Shown: positions 31,990 through 45,600 of the stretch, piece after piece | How positions within the stretch are numbered: the stretch's first letter is position 1 | How the letters are laid out: each line of letters opens with the position of its first letter | From: Phaeosaccion multiseriatum | Lineage: Eukaryota > Protista > Ochrophyta, other classes | Length of the DNA stretch: 64,000 bases | Assembly: GCA_965112735.1 (NCBI GenBank) | Contig: OZ218964.1 | Location: forward strand, 2,170,001 to 2,234,000 | Reading direction: 5' to 3' | Notes under the pieces: model-generated | Databases searched by the model: none | What the model saw: only the letters and a program-made list of their open reading frames with translations | Told to the model about the DNA's origin: nothing | Translations under genes and position numbers: made by a program

Positions 31990-32695
31990 GTTGTACATGC
32001 TGCAAGGTGTATCAGGTATGTGGCTGGAACCCGGATTTATGTTTATTGACTTAATAGGAATCATCACCAGCCACCCAAGAAACTGAAAATGTGTGTGTGT
32101 GTGTGTGTGTGCGCGTTGTTGTGTCTCTGGTCGGCCCCTGACAAGGTTCTGAGGCGATCCTGGCCAGAACCTGGAACCTGGCCGGCTGACGCCGGCCAGA
32201 ACTTGGAACCCAGAACCTCGTCAGGGGCCGACTCTGGGACCCACTGGGGGCCTGGGCCTGTTACTCCCCCGCCTGATCGGGGGGGGGGGAGTGCAGGTCC
32301 GGCGCCGCGGTTGAGCCACGAAGGCGAAGAGGGATATGATTCATTGACTTAATAGGAGAGGGATATGATTCATTGACTTAATAGGAGAGGGAGAGGAGCG
32401 CTTGAGCCGGCCCAGGAAGGCGCGCTCTCGCTCCGATAGACAAGCAGCATCTGGTGGCTGCAGCTGACGAGGCGGCGAAGCCTGGTCAGGACGTGGCCCT
32501 TGGTGGTGGACGAGCCGGTGCGACTCGTGCGGGAGACGATGTGCTCGACGAGTGCGTGTAGGAGTGATTGCGCCGGTGCGCCGAGTCGTCCGTGGAAGAG
32601 GGGAGATACCTACGCGTGTTGGTGATTGGAAATTCACAACTGGTTCGCCTTGTATCGAAACATAAGCCTGTACCCCTCCTCCAAAGCCGCAGGGG
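31990..32695. promoter_or_regulatory. Divergent intergenic region between the ATPase and the amino-acid transporter
   Basis: Head-to-head ATGs at 31989 (-) and 32696 (+); contains a ~29-bp tandem duplication AGAGGGATATGATTCATTGACTTAATAGG at ~32328-32385. Confidence 0.45.
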
Positions 32696-34356
32696 ATGAC
32701 AGGCTCTGGCAATGGGCAGGGCGACTCGCTCTTGGGATCAGCTCAGGGGCAGGCGGGGCGGCAGCGGTATAACTCAATCGGGCCAGACGGAGCTCAGCCC
32801 CCAAAAGGGCGGGCTGGGCGAGTGGCCTCCGGGCTCCTGCTGAAGAAGCCCCTGTCGTCCATTCGGAGCCACACAAGGCTTGCAGATGCGGCCATAGACC
32901 TTCCAGCTAGCAGCCCTAATAGTCTAGCAGAGGCAGGCTCAGGGAAGGAGGGGACGGCCACGGCGGGGGAGCACTCGCTGCACAAGACGCTCACTTTATG
33001 GGATCTTATCGTCATCGCAGTAGCCGGTACGGACGCGGACACGGAGGAGGAAAGGGCACAGCGGCCTATCACTGCCGCCCGAAAGCTCAGTTGGTCTTTG
33101 TTGGCTACTTGGTGGGCAAATGCGCGACTGCTGTGAAAGTCAACTGGCCTGCCGCTTACCACCTTTGTCCTTCCCTCCACCCTGCCCCTTTGCCTCCCTC
33201 CGCGAACATCATCACTTGTACTCTTTCTTACGACCCCTGTCCATCTACGAAGGGACACTGGGGAGCGGCGTCTTCGGGCTTGTAGGCTTAATAACCAACA
33301 GGGTGAGCAGAGCACGCCTACGGCAAACTCGTCCCGCCTTGGCCCTCTTCCGTTCTCCCTTGTCTATACACTCACCCGCCCCCCCCCCCCTCCCTCTCTC
33401 CCCCTACCCCCCTCTTCCCCGACCTGAACCCCACATCTGAACACCTCGAACCACCCCTTCGAACAACAACCCAAACCTCCTACCCCATGCAGTACGCGGG
33501 CCCAGCTGCGGTCTTTTCCTGGGTGATTGCCGGCATCGGCTGTACCCTGTCAGGGCTGAGCTTCACCGAGCTGAGCAGCACCATCAACAGCGAGGGTGGC
33601 TGCTACGCGTATGTCTACGTTGCAATGGGCGAGGTGTTTGCAGTTGTGGCCGCCTATTGCCTCACCCTCGAGTTCGGCGTCTCTTCGGCTGCTGTCGCGA
33701 AAAACTGGGGAGACAAAGTGAGGCGTGAGGGGCGAGGGGGGAGGGGGAGGAGTGAGGGGGAGGAGTGAGGGGGAGGAGTGAGGGGGAGGAGGGAGGGGGA
33801 GGAGTGAGGGGGAGGAGGGAGGGGGAGGAGTGAGGGGGAGGAGTGAGGGGGAGGAGGGAGGGGGAGGAGGGAGGGGGAGAAGTGTGGGTAAGGAAGGCTA
33901 TAAGGTGACGGAGAGGTGATCAGGAGAGCGCACTGCTTTCCAATCTCTAACGTGTTTTCACCTCCCCCCCGTCCTCCTCCTCCTCCTCCTCCTCCTCCTC
34001 CTCCTCCTCCTCCTCCTCCTCCTCCTCCTCCTCCTCCTCCTCCTCCTCCTCCTCCTCCTCCTCCTCCTCCACCACCACCACCACCACCACCACCACCTCC
34101 TCCTCCTCCTCCTGTTCCTCCTCCTCCTCCCGCTGCCTGGTGTCAGGTGGTAGTATGGCTGCAGACGGTGGAGGACGACCCCGACAACTACGAAGGCTGG
34201 CAGGGGGCCGCCTCTGGAGGCATCGCGGCGGCTGCAGACTACCCACACACCCCCAAACTGCTGGCAGCGGCGCTACAGTTGTTGGCGATGTTTATCATGT
34301 TAAGAGGGATTCAGGCCGGCAAGGTGAGGAGGGGGAGTGAGGGAGGGAGGGATACG

Positions 34357-34417
<61 letters not shown>

Positions 34418-36317
34418 TGAGGCGGAGAGGGAGAGGAGGCAGAGAGAGAGTGGGAGAGAGAGATGGGGGGTGAAAGAACGGGGGAGAGAAGGGGGTGAGA
34501 GGAGAAGGAGAGGGAGGGAGGGCGAGGGGAAGAGGGGGAAATGGAGACCGAGGAGGATGGCAGTGGATGGGGAAGAGAAGGCATTTGATTCCACGCATGG
34601 TGAGGAAGGGGAGGGACAGGCGATGCCGGTGATGCTGCGATCTGCTTCCCTTCACACCTCGCGACCCCCTAACCCCTCCCCCCCCTAACCCCTCCCCTCC
34701 CGTCCCGTCCCGTCCCGTCCCCTCCCCTCCCCTCCCCTCCCCTCCCCTCCCTTCCCCTCCCCTCCCCTCCCCTCCCCTCCCCTCCCCTCCCCTCCCCTCC
34801 CCTCCCCTCCCCTCCCCTCCCCTCCCCTCCCCTCCCCTCCCCTCCCCTCCCCTCCCCTCTCCTCCCCGCCCCTCCCCTCCCCTCCCCTCCCCTCCCCTCC
34901 CCGCTCCTCCCCCCTCAGCGCGTTATGAGCTTCTTCACAGTCCTTAAGATGTTGGTGATTCTCATCATGTGTGGGGCGGGGATTCTGCTGTTCCGCCCTG
35001 GCCACCTCCAACCCTTCGCACCTGAGGGTACGGGGGGAGTGCTGCGTGGAGCAGGAGCGGCCTTCTTTGGCCTGCTGGGTTTTGATGAAGTGTGCATCCT
35101 CTCGGCCGAGGCCAAGAACCCCCTCAGGGATATTGTAAGGCGAAGGAGGGGAGGGGAGAGGGGAGGGGAAGGGGACGGGGCTGAGCAGACTGGTCGCTGG
35201 TGGCTGACCGGCTGGCTGGCTGACCGGCTGGCTGACCGGCTGGCTGACCGGCTGGCTGGCTGACCGGCTGGCTGACCGTCTGGCTGACTGACTGACTGGA
35301 TTGAGCTTTGTCTCTGTGTGCTCTCCTCGCTGTGCTGTGCTTTACTTTTTGCTCTGCTCTGCTTTACTCTGCTCTTCCCCATGTTCCTCTGCCCATTGTC
35401 CGCCCCCCTTCCCTTCCCTTCCCTTCCCTTCCCTTCCCTTCCCTTCCCTTCCCTTCCCTTCCCTTCCCTTCCCTTCCCCTCCAGCCCCTGGCTCTGCTGC
35501 TGTCGCTTGCCGTCATCACCTGTGTACATTGCATCGCCTCACTCGCCATCGTCGGTGTGGTGAGTGGGCCACCAGGGGAGTGTGGCTGGGGCGGGAGGGG
35601 AGCGGCACAGGCGGGAGGGGAAGAAGGGCCTTCTCGTACTGTGGCCCCATGGCAGGGAAGAAGAAGATGAGAAGAGCAAGAAGGAGAAGAAGAAGAAGGA
35701 GAAGGGAGAGAACAAAAAGAATAGGAGCGAGTGTTGCATGTGTGTGCGTAATGGGATCTGTGCTCTGGCGTGGTGCTGCATCGTTCATGTGCCCTCTTTC
35801 CTCCTGTTCTGTTATTTCGCTCAGATGCCCTACGATGAGATCGACCCCAACAGGTATGTGTGTGTGAGAGAGAGAGTGTGTGTGTGAGAGAGAGAGGGAG
35901 ATCAGAAATAGAGCTTTACCCAGAGGACGAAGCACTCCTGCCTCCCTCCCTCACGCCCTCCCTGCTACCTCACCATCCCCCCATAACCCCATGACTGCCA
36001 TTTCCATTGACTGCCATTTCCTCCGCCCCCACCCGCCTGCCCTCCTCCCGTCGCTCACCCCCACACGCCCACATCTCCTCACCCCCCACATGTGGTCGCC
36101 CCCTCCCCCTCTCCTCACCCCCCCCTCACCCCCTCCTCACCCCCTCCTCACCCCCCTCCCCCAGCCCCTTCCTCATCGGCTTCATCGATCGTGGGCTGCC
36201 ATCTCTCGGCTACTTGGTGGCGGTGGGTGAGCTCCTCGCCCTGCCCATCGTCACGCTCGTGTGCTTCCTCGCGCAGCCCCGAATCTTCCACGCCATGGCT
36301 TGCGACGGGTGAGTGAG

Positions 36318-36364
<47 letters not shown>

Positions 36365-38606
36365 CTCTGATTGGGTCTCTCTCTTTTGAGGGGGTCGGCA
36401 CACCTCTATTTTCCACGTCGGTTTTGTTTTCTGTTGCCCTCTCTCTGTCGATCCTCTGTTCCTTCATCCCTCCCTCACGCACCCCCTCCCTCCCTCCCTC
36501 CCTCCCTCCCTCCCTCCCTCCCTCCCTCCCTCCCTCCCTCCCTCCTTCCCTCCCTCCTTTCCTCCCTCCCTCCCTCCTTCCCTCCCTCCCTCCCTCCCTC
36601 CCTCCCTCCCTCCCTCCCTCCCTCCCTCCCTCCCTCCCTCCCTCCCTCCCTCCCTCCCTCCCTCCCTCCCTCCCTCCCTCCCTCCCTCCCTCCCTCCCTC
36701 CGCTGTCCTCCCCTCCCCTCCTTATCCACTACCCCTCCCCCCCCCCCCGCCAGCCTCCTGCCGCGCCTGTTCGCCGAGGCCGATCTGAAGTGGAACACAC
36801 TGGTGTGCGGTGTGGGATGCACGCTCATCGCCCTGTTCGCCCCCTTCGATCAGCTCGACAGTGTTATTAGTGCAGGTGCGTGCGTGAGGGGAGACCTCAC
36901 ACCCGCTCTCCTGCTGTGCTTGAAGTCCTCTTAAGTGGGCAGGGAGCCCTGGGTGGGAAAGCCGTCCTCATCCCCCCCCCCCCCTTCCCTCGCTCCCTCG
37001 CTACTTCGCTCACTCCATCCCCACCCGCCTCTCGCTCCCACCCTCCCTCCCTCCCTCCCTCCCTCCCTCCCTCCCCTTCCCTCCCTCCCTCCCTCCCTCC
37101 TCTTCCCTCCCTCCCTCCCTCCCTCCCTCCCTCCCTCCCTCCCTCGCTCCCTCCCTCCCTCCCTCCCTCACTCCCTCCCTCCCTCCCTCCCTCCCTCCCC
37201 TTTCCTCCCTCCCTCCCCTTCCCTCGCTCCCTCGCTCCCTCCCTCGCTCCCTCCCTCCCTCCCTCCCTCCTCTCCCTCCCTTCCTGCCTCCCTCCCCCCA
37301 TACAGCCGTGCTCGTGGCCTTTAACCTCACCAACAGCTCCCTCATCATCCTGAGGAGGGGTAGCCGTAGCAACACAAATGGCCGTACCACCAACGGCAGC
37401 AGCAACAACAGCAGCAGCAGCGAAGACGAGCCTGCTACCTTCTCGTCGTCCTGCCTGGCCATGGTGCTCCTCATCAACGTCCTCACCCCGGTGGGGGCTG
37501 CGCTGTTCTCCCTATCTCCGACCGCGTCAGCCCCCCCCCCCTTCTCGTCTTCCTCCTCCCTGCCCGCAGCTCTGGCCACCTCCTCTTGGTCCCTCTGGCT
37601 AGGGTGGGCGGTGTGGCTGTCCGTAGTGGTGCTGACAGGCCTCATTGCCTTACGCAAGGAAATCCGTTACCACGGTGCGTATGCTTGGGGGGGTTGGGGT
37701 GTTTGGGGGTTCGGCCGGGGTAAGTGGCACACAGGCCTGGCCGCTTTCACGAACTGAAACTGAAACTGAAACTGAAACAGCTGCTCAGATCTCTCCCTCC
37801 GGCCTTCCTCTCTCTCTCACCCACGAGCCCACAACCCACCTGCTCTTGCACCCTCTGTATTCCTCCTCCCCGCCCCCCTCCCTCCCCTTTCCCCGGGTGG
37901 CGATGACGGCTCTCTTACCATCTTCTCCTCTCTCTCTTGGCCATCCCCCACATGTCGGAGCAGAAGCCGGGGCGAGCGGAGTGGCCGCCTTCGAAGTGCC
38001 ACTTGTGCCGTGGGTGCCTGCGTTGGCTATCTCCGTCAACGGGGTACTTCTCTCACAGCTGCCGCTCAGCTCACTGCTATACAGCGTTGTGGTAAGTCAG
38101 TGAGTGGGGGAGCGAGGGGGAGGGATGGAGCGAGAGAGGGAGGGGAGGAAGGAAGGAAGGAAGGAAGGCTGTCTGTCTTGCCATTAAGCCGAAGGGAAAG
38201 CGACTTGAGTGTGACACGTGGCAAACCGAAAGCATCACAGCCTTACTTGATTGAGCCTTGCACGAGGAAATTCAAGGCCTGGGAAGTGATGTAGTATGGT
38301 GTAACGGCAATATGGGTTTCAGTACATCAAGCAGCTGGCGCTTTCGCTCCCCCCACCAACTGCTGCTGACAGCTACTGTCCCTCCCTGCCTCCCTCCCTT
38401 CCTTCCTCCCTCCCTCCCTCCCTCCCTCCCTCCCTCCCTCCCTCCCTCCCTCCACTGCCATCCCCCCCCCTTAGGCCCTCGGCAGTGTGCTGGCCATGTA
38501 TCTCTGCTACGGAAAGAGCAACAGCGTGGCCCAGCAGAGGGCCGCGAGGAGGGAGGGGAGGGAGCACGCTCACACCGTCACCATCACAGGGGTGAGCCCT
38601 TACTGA
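32696..38606 (+). CDS. Cationic amino acid transporter (APC superfamily, CAT/SLC7-like)
   Basis: Exons ~32696-33026, 33252-33302, 33493-33717, 34147-34323, 34919-35133, 35485-35559, 35825-35853, 36165-36308, 36754-36875, 37306-37674, 37964-38091, 38475-38606 (TGA). Motifs: LHKTLTLWDLI..AVAGTLGSGVF, YAGPAAVFSW, SFTELSS...GGCYAY, FFGLLGFDEV...AEAKNPLRDIP, AQPRIFHAMACDGLLP, FEVPLVPWVP, YLCYGKSNS. Confidence 0.93.
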
Positions 38607-39566
38607 AGTCAATGAAGCGTGCGCCTCTGGGAGGACAATAAACAGAGTAGGGCAGCAGAGCCGGGTAGCCACCTCCCGGTCTGAAGCAGACCCTTTATAG
38701 ACAAGAGCAGAGCAAGTTAGAGCCGATTAGAGGAACGGAAAGGCATATAGAGCCAGTCTGCTAGAGGAACGGAAAGGCATATAGAGCCAGTCTGAGACTG
38801 GCATATACACACTACAGTACCAAGTAGCGGCATGAGTGGAGCGTTTCAGGAGCTGCTGCTGCTGCTGCCCATAGGACTGCTGCTGCTGCCCATAGGACTG
38901 CTGCTGCTGTATACGGTACAAGACACGATACAGCTGAGGAAGCGTTTCGTTGGACGAACGATTTTCCCCCATTACTACACTTACCTAAGATTACGTAAGT
39001 GCATTCCTTTCTTCCTTGAGTAAGTAGAGAGGCGAGAGCGTAATGCAATAGCCCTCTCCCTTTCTTTCAATGCGACACGTATCTAAGCTTACGTAAGAGA
39101 GGGTAATGCAATAGGCACCCCTCCGGCCTCTCTCGCTAGCCGCAGCAGGCTTCGACTTCCCTCCACCACACTACATACACCCTGTCCCTCCTCCCCGACA
39201 AGCTGCAGCACCTACTTGTTGCCACAATTCGATATTTTGAACACGATACAACGAATCGCCACCTACTTACACTATGTACACTATGTATTGCTCCTCACCA
39301 ACACCCACTTCCCTACACTTTGTGATGCTGCTGCTCAAATGCAAGCTACTCGAGACTACTCGAGACTCGCTGGCGTCAGGAGGAGGAGGGAGGAGACGGT
39401 GTCCTCCTTGCCTCAAACGGCGGGAGCAGCACGACTACTGAGCACCAGTCCCCGACCGCTCCTTTCCATTTGTCAGCGGTCCACTCCTTTCATGACTCAA
39501 GCTCGACGCGAGAGCGGGCAAGGGGCAAGGGGCAAGGGGCAAGGGGCAAGGGCCGTCCCCCAAGGC

Positions 39567-40131
39567 CCTCCCACCGTCCCTCCCACCATCCCTCCCACCG
39601 TCCCTCCCACCATCCCTCCCACCGTCCCTCCCACCGTCCCTCCCACCATCCCTCCCACCGTCCCTCACACCATCCCTCCCACCATCCCTCCCACCATCCC
39701 TCCCACCATCCCTCCCACCGTCCCTCCCACCATCCCTCCCACCATCCCTCCCACCGTCCCTCCCACCGTCCCTCCCACCATCCCTCCCACCATCCCTCCC
39801 ACCATCCCTCCCACCATCCCTCCCACCGTCCCTCCCACCGTCCCTCCCACCATCCCTCCCACCATCCCTCCCACCATCCCTTCCACCATCCCTCCCACCA
39901 TCCCTCCCACCGTCCCTCCCACCGTCCCTCCCACCGTCCCTCCCACCGTCCCTCCCACCGTCCCTCCCACCATCCCTCCCACCATCCCTCCCACCATCCC
40001 TCCCACCATCCCTTCCACCATCCCTCCCACCATCCCTCCCACCGTCCCTCCCACCGTCCCTCCCACCATCCCTCCCACCGTCCCTCCCACCATCCCTCCC
40101 ACCATCCCTCCCACCATCCCTCCCACCGTCC
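39567..40131. repeat. 12-bp minisatellite CCCTCCCACC(A/G)T
   Basis: ~47 copies with two interspersed variants, between convergent genes. Confidence 0.92.
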
Positions 40132-40284
40132 CTCCCTCCCTCCACCCCCCAAAAATCAAGTCCTCGTCGCGCACAGAGCTCACGATGGCGTCGCGCCCCT
40201 TCACGGGCTTCTTGCCGTCGCTGTCGAGGTTCAGGGTCTCTCTCTCTCCGCCTCCTCCTCCTCCTCCTCCTGCTGCTGCTGCTG

Positions 40285-42362
40285 CTACTGCTGCTGCTTC
40301 GCGGGGGTGGAGTGCCTCAGGTCACTGCTGGCACTTCTGCCCTCCCATCCACTGCCGTCCCTCAGGCCCCTCAGCATGTCGTTCCACTCGTCGAGGTCCC
40401 AGCCCATGTACGGAGACAACATGCCCTCGATGGCAGCCAACGGCGTTGCGAAGGCGCCCTTAATGATGCCGTACTGAGGCGGCGGAGGAGAGAGAAGAGA
40501 CAGCACATCAGGGGGGGATGGCAGCTGACGGACGGCTGGTGGGTCGTGAGCTCCACACTCATGGCTGCCTGGCATGCCATGGGTAGGTTCTAGTAACCTA
40601 AAACTAAAACCGCATCCTGAGCTGCTCGAAAGTTAAGTAAGTATCCGTCGCCACCAGGTGCCCCTCCCCTCCGAGAGCCACGCCAATGGTCCAGAGAGAC
40701 TTACCCCCCCTGACCGCAGCAGTCACGAAAAGTAGAGTCTATGCATGTCACTGAGGACGCTGGGCGAGTCTAACTTGAACTCAAACTCTGACCTCAGATC
40801 TCAGATGACTGCAGGTGCGTACATACCGTACGTAAGGTTACATACCTTGAACTGATAGCGAGTCTGCTGCTCGATACCGGCGTTGGCCATTCCCTGGTGG
40901 AAGAGGCTCTCCGTCACTCCATCCACATGAGTCGCCAGCTGTGAGTGGGGCCGTGTGGGGAGGAGGAGGGGAAGTAGCAGCAGCTGAGAGGGAGAAAGCC
41001 CAGGTGTGGACGACGAGACGTGGGGTGTCCGTTGCCACCTTTCTGCTAGCACTATGGAGTGGACACACTTCAGAGGAAGGCTGGGCTGGGAGGGCAGTTT
41101 GCAAAGATAACTGACATAGTCCTGCTGTTACTGCAAACTCACATCACTCCTACCCCCCCCCCCCCCCCATCCACTGCCATCCCTCTCCTCCTCCCCATCC
41201 GCTGCCATCCCTCTCCTCCTCCCCATCCACTGCCATCCTTCTCCCGTACCAGCCCGAGCTTGGCCTGTAGTGATGAGGCCGTGTCCTGCTCAAGCGCTTC
41301 ATTGTAGAAGCTCTCCTGCCGCTGAATCAACTCCTCCACGAAGGTGAAGGCCCCTGTTGACATGGGGGGGGGGGATTGGAGGACGTGCAGGCATGCAGAC
41401 AGGCAAGACAGGCAGACAGGCAGACAGGCAGACAGGCAGACAGGCAGACAGGCAGACAGGCAGACAGACAGACAGACAGACAGACAGGCAGGCAGGCAGG
41501 CAGGCAGGCAGTCAGACAGGCAGGCAGACAGGCAGGCAGACAGACAGGCAGACAGACAGGCAGCCAGATAGGCAGACAGACAGACAGGCACGCAGGCAGA
41601 CAGGCAGGCCGACAGATAGGCAGACAGATAGGCAGGCAGGCAGACAGGCGGGCAGACAGGCGGGCAGGCAGGGAGGTAGTTCGCAGACGGGTCAGCCTCT
41701 CCTCACTCTTTCGCACGGCAGCAATGAATGAATGAGTGAAGCACGCATGTTTGGGGGGGGGGGCGGTCTCTGGATGTCTGCTCACCGAGAGGATCCGCGG
41801 AATACTCCTTGACCACGTTCGCCGCTTTGGCCGCTTGCCACGCCGCCTGGTGGAAGGGAAGAGGCAGCATGTGGTACCTGCAGAGAAGGCGAAGGGTTGA
41901 CGGGTTGTGACCCTGGGGAGCCCCAGTGCGCTACTCCCACCTAACAACCCACCTCCCCCTCCGTTCCGCACCTGAATAAAACTGTGGGATTGGCCTTGAC
42001 AATGCTAGACATGACGTGCCAATACTCCTGTCGAGTACAAGCAAGGGTTGTGGGGCAAGTGTGAGGTGTGCCATGGGACGGGAGCCCCAGTTGTCATTTA
42101 CCTTAGTGTCTGAGCACGTAATGTCTATAAAGAAGTCCACTACGACGAGCTCTTGGGGATCCGAGCTCTTCCCACCGAAGGTGAATATACTGTACTCGTC
42201 CTTGCTGTAAGGAATGGGAGGACCAGCCTCGAGATCGGTGTCCAACAAAAAGGGTGAAAACAACTGATTTAGGGCCTCGTTTCCCTTCCCAGTGGCATGG
42301 AGCTGCCGCAGTGCGACCCATAGCAGCGACAGGGGGAATATGATCCTCCAGGCGGTGCGCAT
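40285..42362 (-). CDS. Secreted thioredoxin-fold (DsbA/Thioredoxin_4-like) protein
   Basis: Signal peptide [23 protein letters not shown]. Exons ~42362-42102, 42027-41972, 41878-41786, 41354-41251, 40938-40846, 40473-40285 (TAG). Motifs: [47 protein letters not shown] (cis-Pro loop), WDLDEW. Confidence 0.8.
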
Positions 42363-42643
42363 GGCGTGGAAATGATGCAAATTAATTCAATTCAACTTTG
42401 CCGTCCGGTCCTCAGCCAGTAATCAATATATATTACACCCTTAAGCCAGTGTGTCGCATGTTGGTGGTTCAATGGCTTCTGTGAGCCGCCGCATTCCACA
42501 ATAAGTCAATTGCCCATCCATTTTCACCGAGCTATACCTCCGAGTCGTCCAATTTCCCCCTACTATCCACGTCGTACTCCCTTGATCACAAAGCCAATCA
42601 AAGAGTTCAGGCGACCAAAAACCATATGCCAAGAAGGGGCAAG
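42363..42643. promoter_or_regulatory. Probable bidirectional promoter between the thioredoxin-like gene and the annexin gene
   Basis: ~280 bp, repeat-free and AT-richer than the surroundings; CCAAT motifs near 42549 and 42594. Confidence 0.55.
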
Positions 42644-45600
42644 ATGGGTGCTGGCGCCAGTGTGTGCGAGGCTTCTGAAGCAGGTATGCTGCTTGACTGC
42701 TTGCTTGACTGCTTGAAGTGCAAGGTTGCTGCTGCGACTGCCCAATTGGACAGCCTCCGGCGGAAGAGAAAGGAGGAAGACGGGGAGAGGACGTCATGGA
42801 GGGAGGGAACAAGCATGAAGAGGAGGTTGTAGCCGCCTCCTAACCGTTCTGTAACTGTTTCCTCTTCCTTCCCTCTCCTCCTTCTTCTCCCTGGCTCTTG
42901 GTGTCTATTCCCCTTCTTCTGCTGTACAGTGGCGAATCGGCGCAGCAATATCATGGAAAGCGAGAACGACGCCGAGCAGCGCGTGGCAGAGATCCAGGAA
43001 TGCATCGAAACCATCACCGTCGAGAACAAGGTGAGCGGCACTTGGCCCGATCCTCACTCGGTTCAGCCGAAAGTCGTACAAGGCTTGGGTATCTCCCTCT
43101 GCCGCTGCTTAATGGTTCCTCCTGGCAAGCAGGCACAGCAAAGCGTAGCTCAGAAAATGGGCCGATGGGCCGAGGCTGCCTGCTCCTGGCAAGCTCCTCC
43201 TCCTCCTGCTGGCAACTGTCTCTCCCCGCCCCCCCCGCTCCTGGCCACTGCTTACTCTGTCCCCGCCCCCCCCGCCTCCTTGTGGTTCATCTCAGGATAT
43301 CAAAGAGTTCATCGCGACTCGAGGTAACCGACTGGAAGGAGATAGGAAGGAGATAGCCTCTCTGCTACCACATCTTCTCCCTTCCCCACTCACTCACTCA
43401 CTCACTCACTCACTCGTACCCCCCCCATACAGACGCCGACACGGTGCGCGAAGCGTGTGAGGGCCTTGGTACAGACAACAGTCAGCTCATCGACGCGCTC
43501 TGCTCGCGGACCAAGAGCCAGCTCAGTGCCGTGGACGACATCTTCCGAGAGAGATACGAGAAGAAGCTTGGCGACCAGGTGGGAGAGAAAGGAGATGGCA
43601 GTGGACGGGTGGACGGGTGGCAGGAAGAAGGCCGGAGGGCATGAAGGTGGGCACCGTGCAGGCATGCATGCGAAGAGGAGGACGGGGTGGGCCTCTCACG
43701 CTATGAAGATGGCACTGGATGGGCGCGGGTGGGTGGGCGCCCCTCCCCTCCCCTCCCCTCCCTTTCCCGCCCATCCCCTCCTCCACCCACTCCTTCTCGG
43801 CTCAATCTCAGTCACTGACATACTGTGTGTGCTTAGGTCAAGGCCGAGGTGAGCGGCAATTTCAAGAAGCTGGTCTACTACGCCCTGCTCGAGAAGCACG
43901 AGTTCATGGGTAAGTCAATGAAGAGGAGAGGGATGACGACACTCGATGGCTCTCTCTCTCTCAACCCCTGTCTTCGTTCCCTCACTCCCCTGGGGTCTCC
44001 CTCTCTCTGACCCCCCTCCCCCCCCAACACACCTCTCACAGCGCTGATGCTTGACAACGCCTTCGACGGCCTCGGCACCGACGAACTTCGTCTCATGGAG
44101 GTCCTGCACACCTCCACGTAAGTCATTAATTAAAAAGATAAGAGTACGTAGGGATTACGGCTCCACCCTGCCATACAGTGCCATCTCTGCCATCCATCTG
44201 TGACTTCAGCAGAGGAAACACCCACCTCTTGCATCTCTTGGCCCGCTCTCACCCCTCCACTCTGCTTCCCTCCCTCCCTCAACTGGCAGCAACGAGGAGA
44301 TCCAACAGATGAAGGCCCACTGGGAGGGCAAGCACGACTCCTCCCTGGTGGACAAGATGACGTCCGAGGTGTCAGGATCAACTCGCACGCTGCTCCTTAA
44401 CCTTCTCAAGGGAGAGAGAGACGAGTCTGACGAGGTGGGTGCGTGGGTGCGTGTGTGCGTGGGTGCGTGTGTGCGTGTGTGCGTGGGTGGACTTGCGGTT
44501 GCAGATTCTGTTGACCTAGTGAGGAGTGAGGAGTGAGCAGAGGCGAGAGAATAGTCCTGTTCAGGCAAGCAGTGGTCTATCCTCCTCCTCCTCATCCTCC
44601 TCCTCCTGTGTGATTACCACCTGCTGCCGTTGTATCACCACCTGCTGCTGCTGCTACTGCTACCGCTACTCCTGCCCCTTCTTGTGCACCCGTCCCCACC
44701 TCACCTCCCCAAAACTTCTTCCCTCTGCGGCAACTTGCCGTGGTGTCTCTCTGCCTCCTCTATGTGTGTGTGCCAAGGTGGATGAGGAGAAGGCCGAGGC
44801 CCAGGCAGATGAGCTCTACGCCGCCGGAGTGGGCAAGAGGTAAGCTTGGCCAAACAACTGAAACTGCAGCAAGCAAGCAAGCAAGCAAGCAAGGAAAAGC
44901 AAGCGATAAGCTGCACGCAGCTTCCCGCACGCACGCGCCCGCGTTGTGTGTGGCATCACTCCGTAGACTGCCTTCCATCCCTGAGCAGAGCTGCTCAGCT
45001 ACCGCAGGCCCTCTGAGTGCGCCTTCGCGGATGGCAGTGGATGGATGAGCCTCTTCTCACTCGTCTGTGCTCTCTGCCCCTGCCCCCTCTCCCGCCCCAA
45101 CCCTCCCTCAGGCTCGGCACCAACTCTGGGCCCTTCCTGGACATCCTCACCTCCTCGTCGTACGCGCAGATCAAAGCCATCTGTGAACAGTACGAAACGA
45201 AGCACGAGATGTCTCTCAAGAAAGGTGCGAGACGAGCCAGGAGAGAAGCAGGGGATGGCAGTGGATGGGGGGATGGGACTTCCTTCTTTCTTGTCTTCCT
45301 TCCTTCCTTCCTTCCTTCCTTCCTTCCTTCCTTCCTTCCTTCCTTCCTTCCTTCCTTGCTTGCTCCCTCCCTGCCTGCCTCCCTTCCCACCAGCCAACCA
45401 ATCAACCAACCAACCTCCTCCCCCTCACCCTTCCCAGCCATCGGCAAAGAGTTCGGAGGCACCACTAAGCACTGCCTACGCGGGCTGCTTGAGGACCCCG
45501 CCTCCTTCCTCGTGCAGAGGCTCAAGGACGCCCTCAAGGGACTGGGCACCAACGAAGACGCCGTGTGCCGCATACTCGCAGGCAACGACAGGCCCTATGT

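Noticed and set aside
38726-38795. 35-bp tandem duplication and neighbouring CTG-rich duplication downstream of the transporter
   Set aside because: Ordinary local duplications in 3' or intergenic DNA with no supportable function
40231-40287. TAG within a CAG run ([15 protein letters not shown]) as readthrough or TAG=Gln recoding
   Set aside because: That frame hits TGA at 40233-40231 after 17 codons, and the coding-like downstream peptide is in another frame. Long exons elsewhere contain no in-frame TAA/TAG, so the standard code applies.
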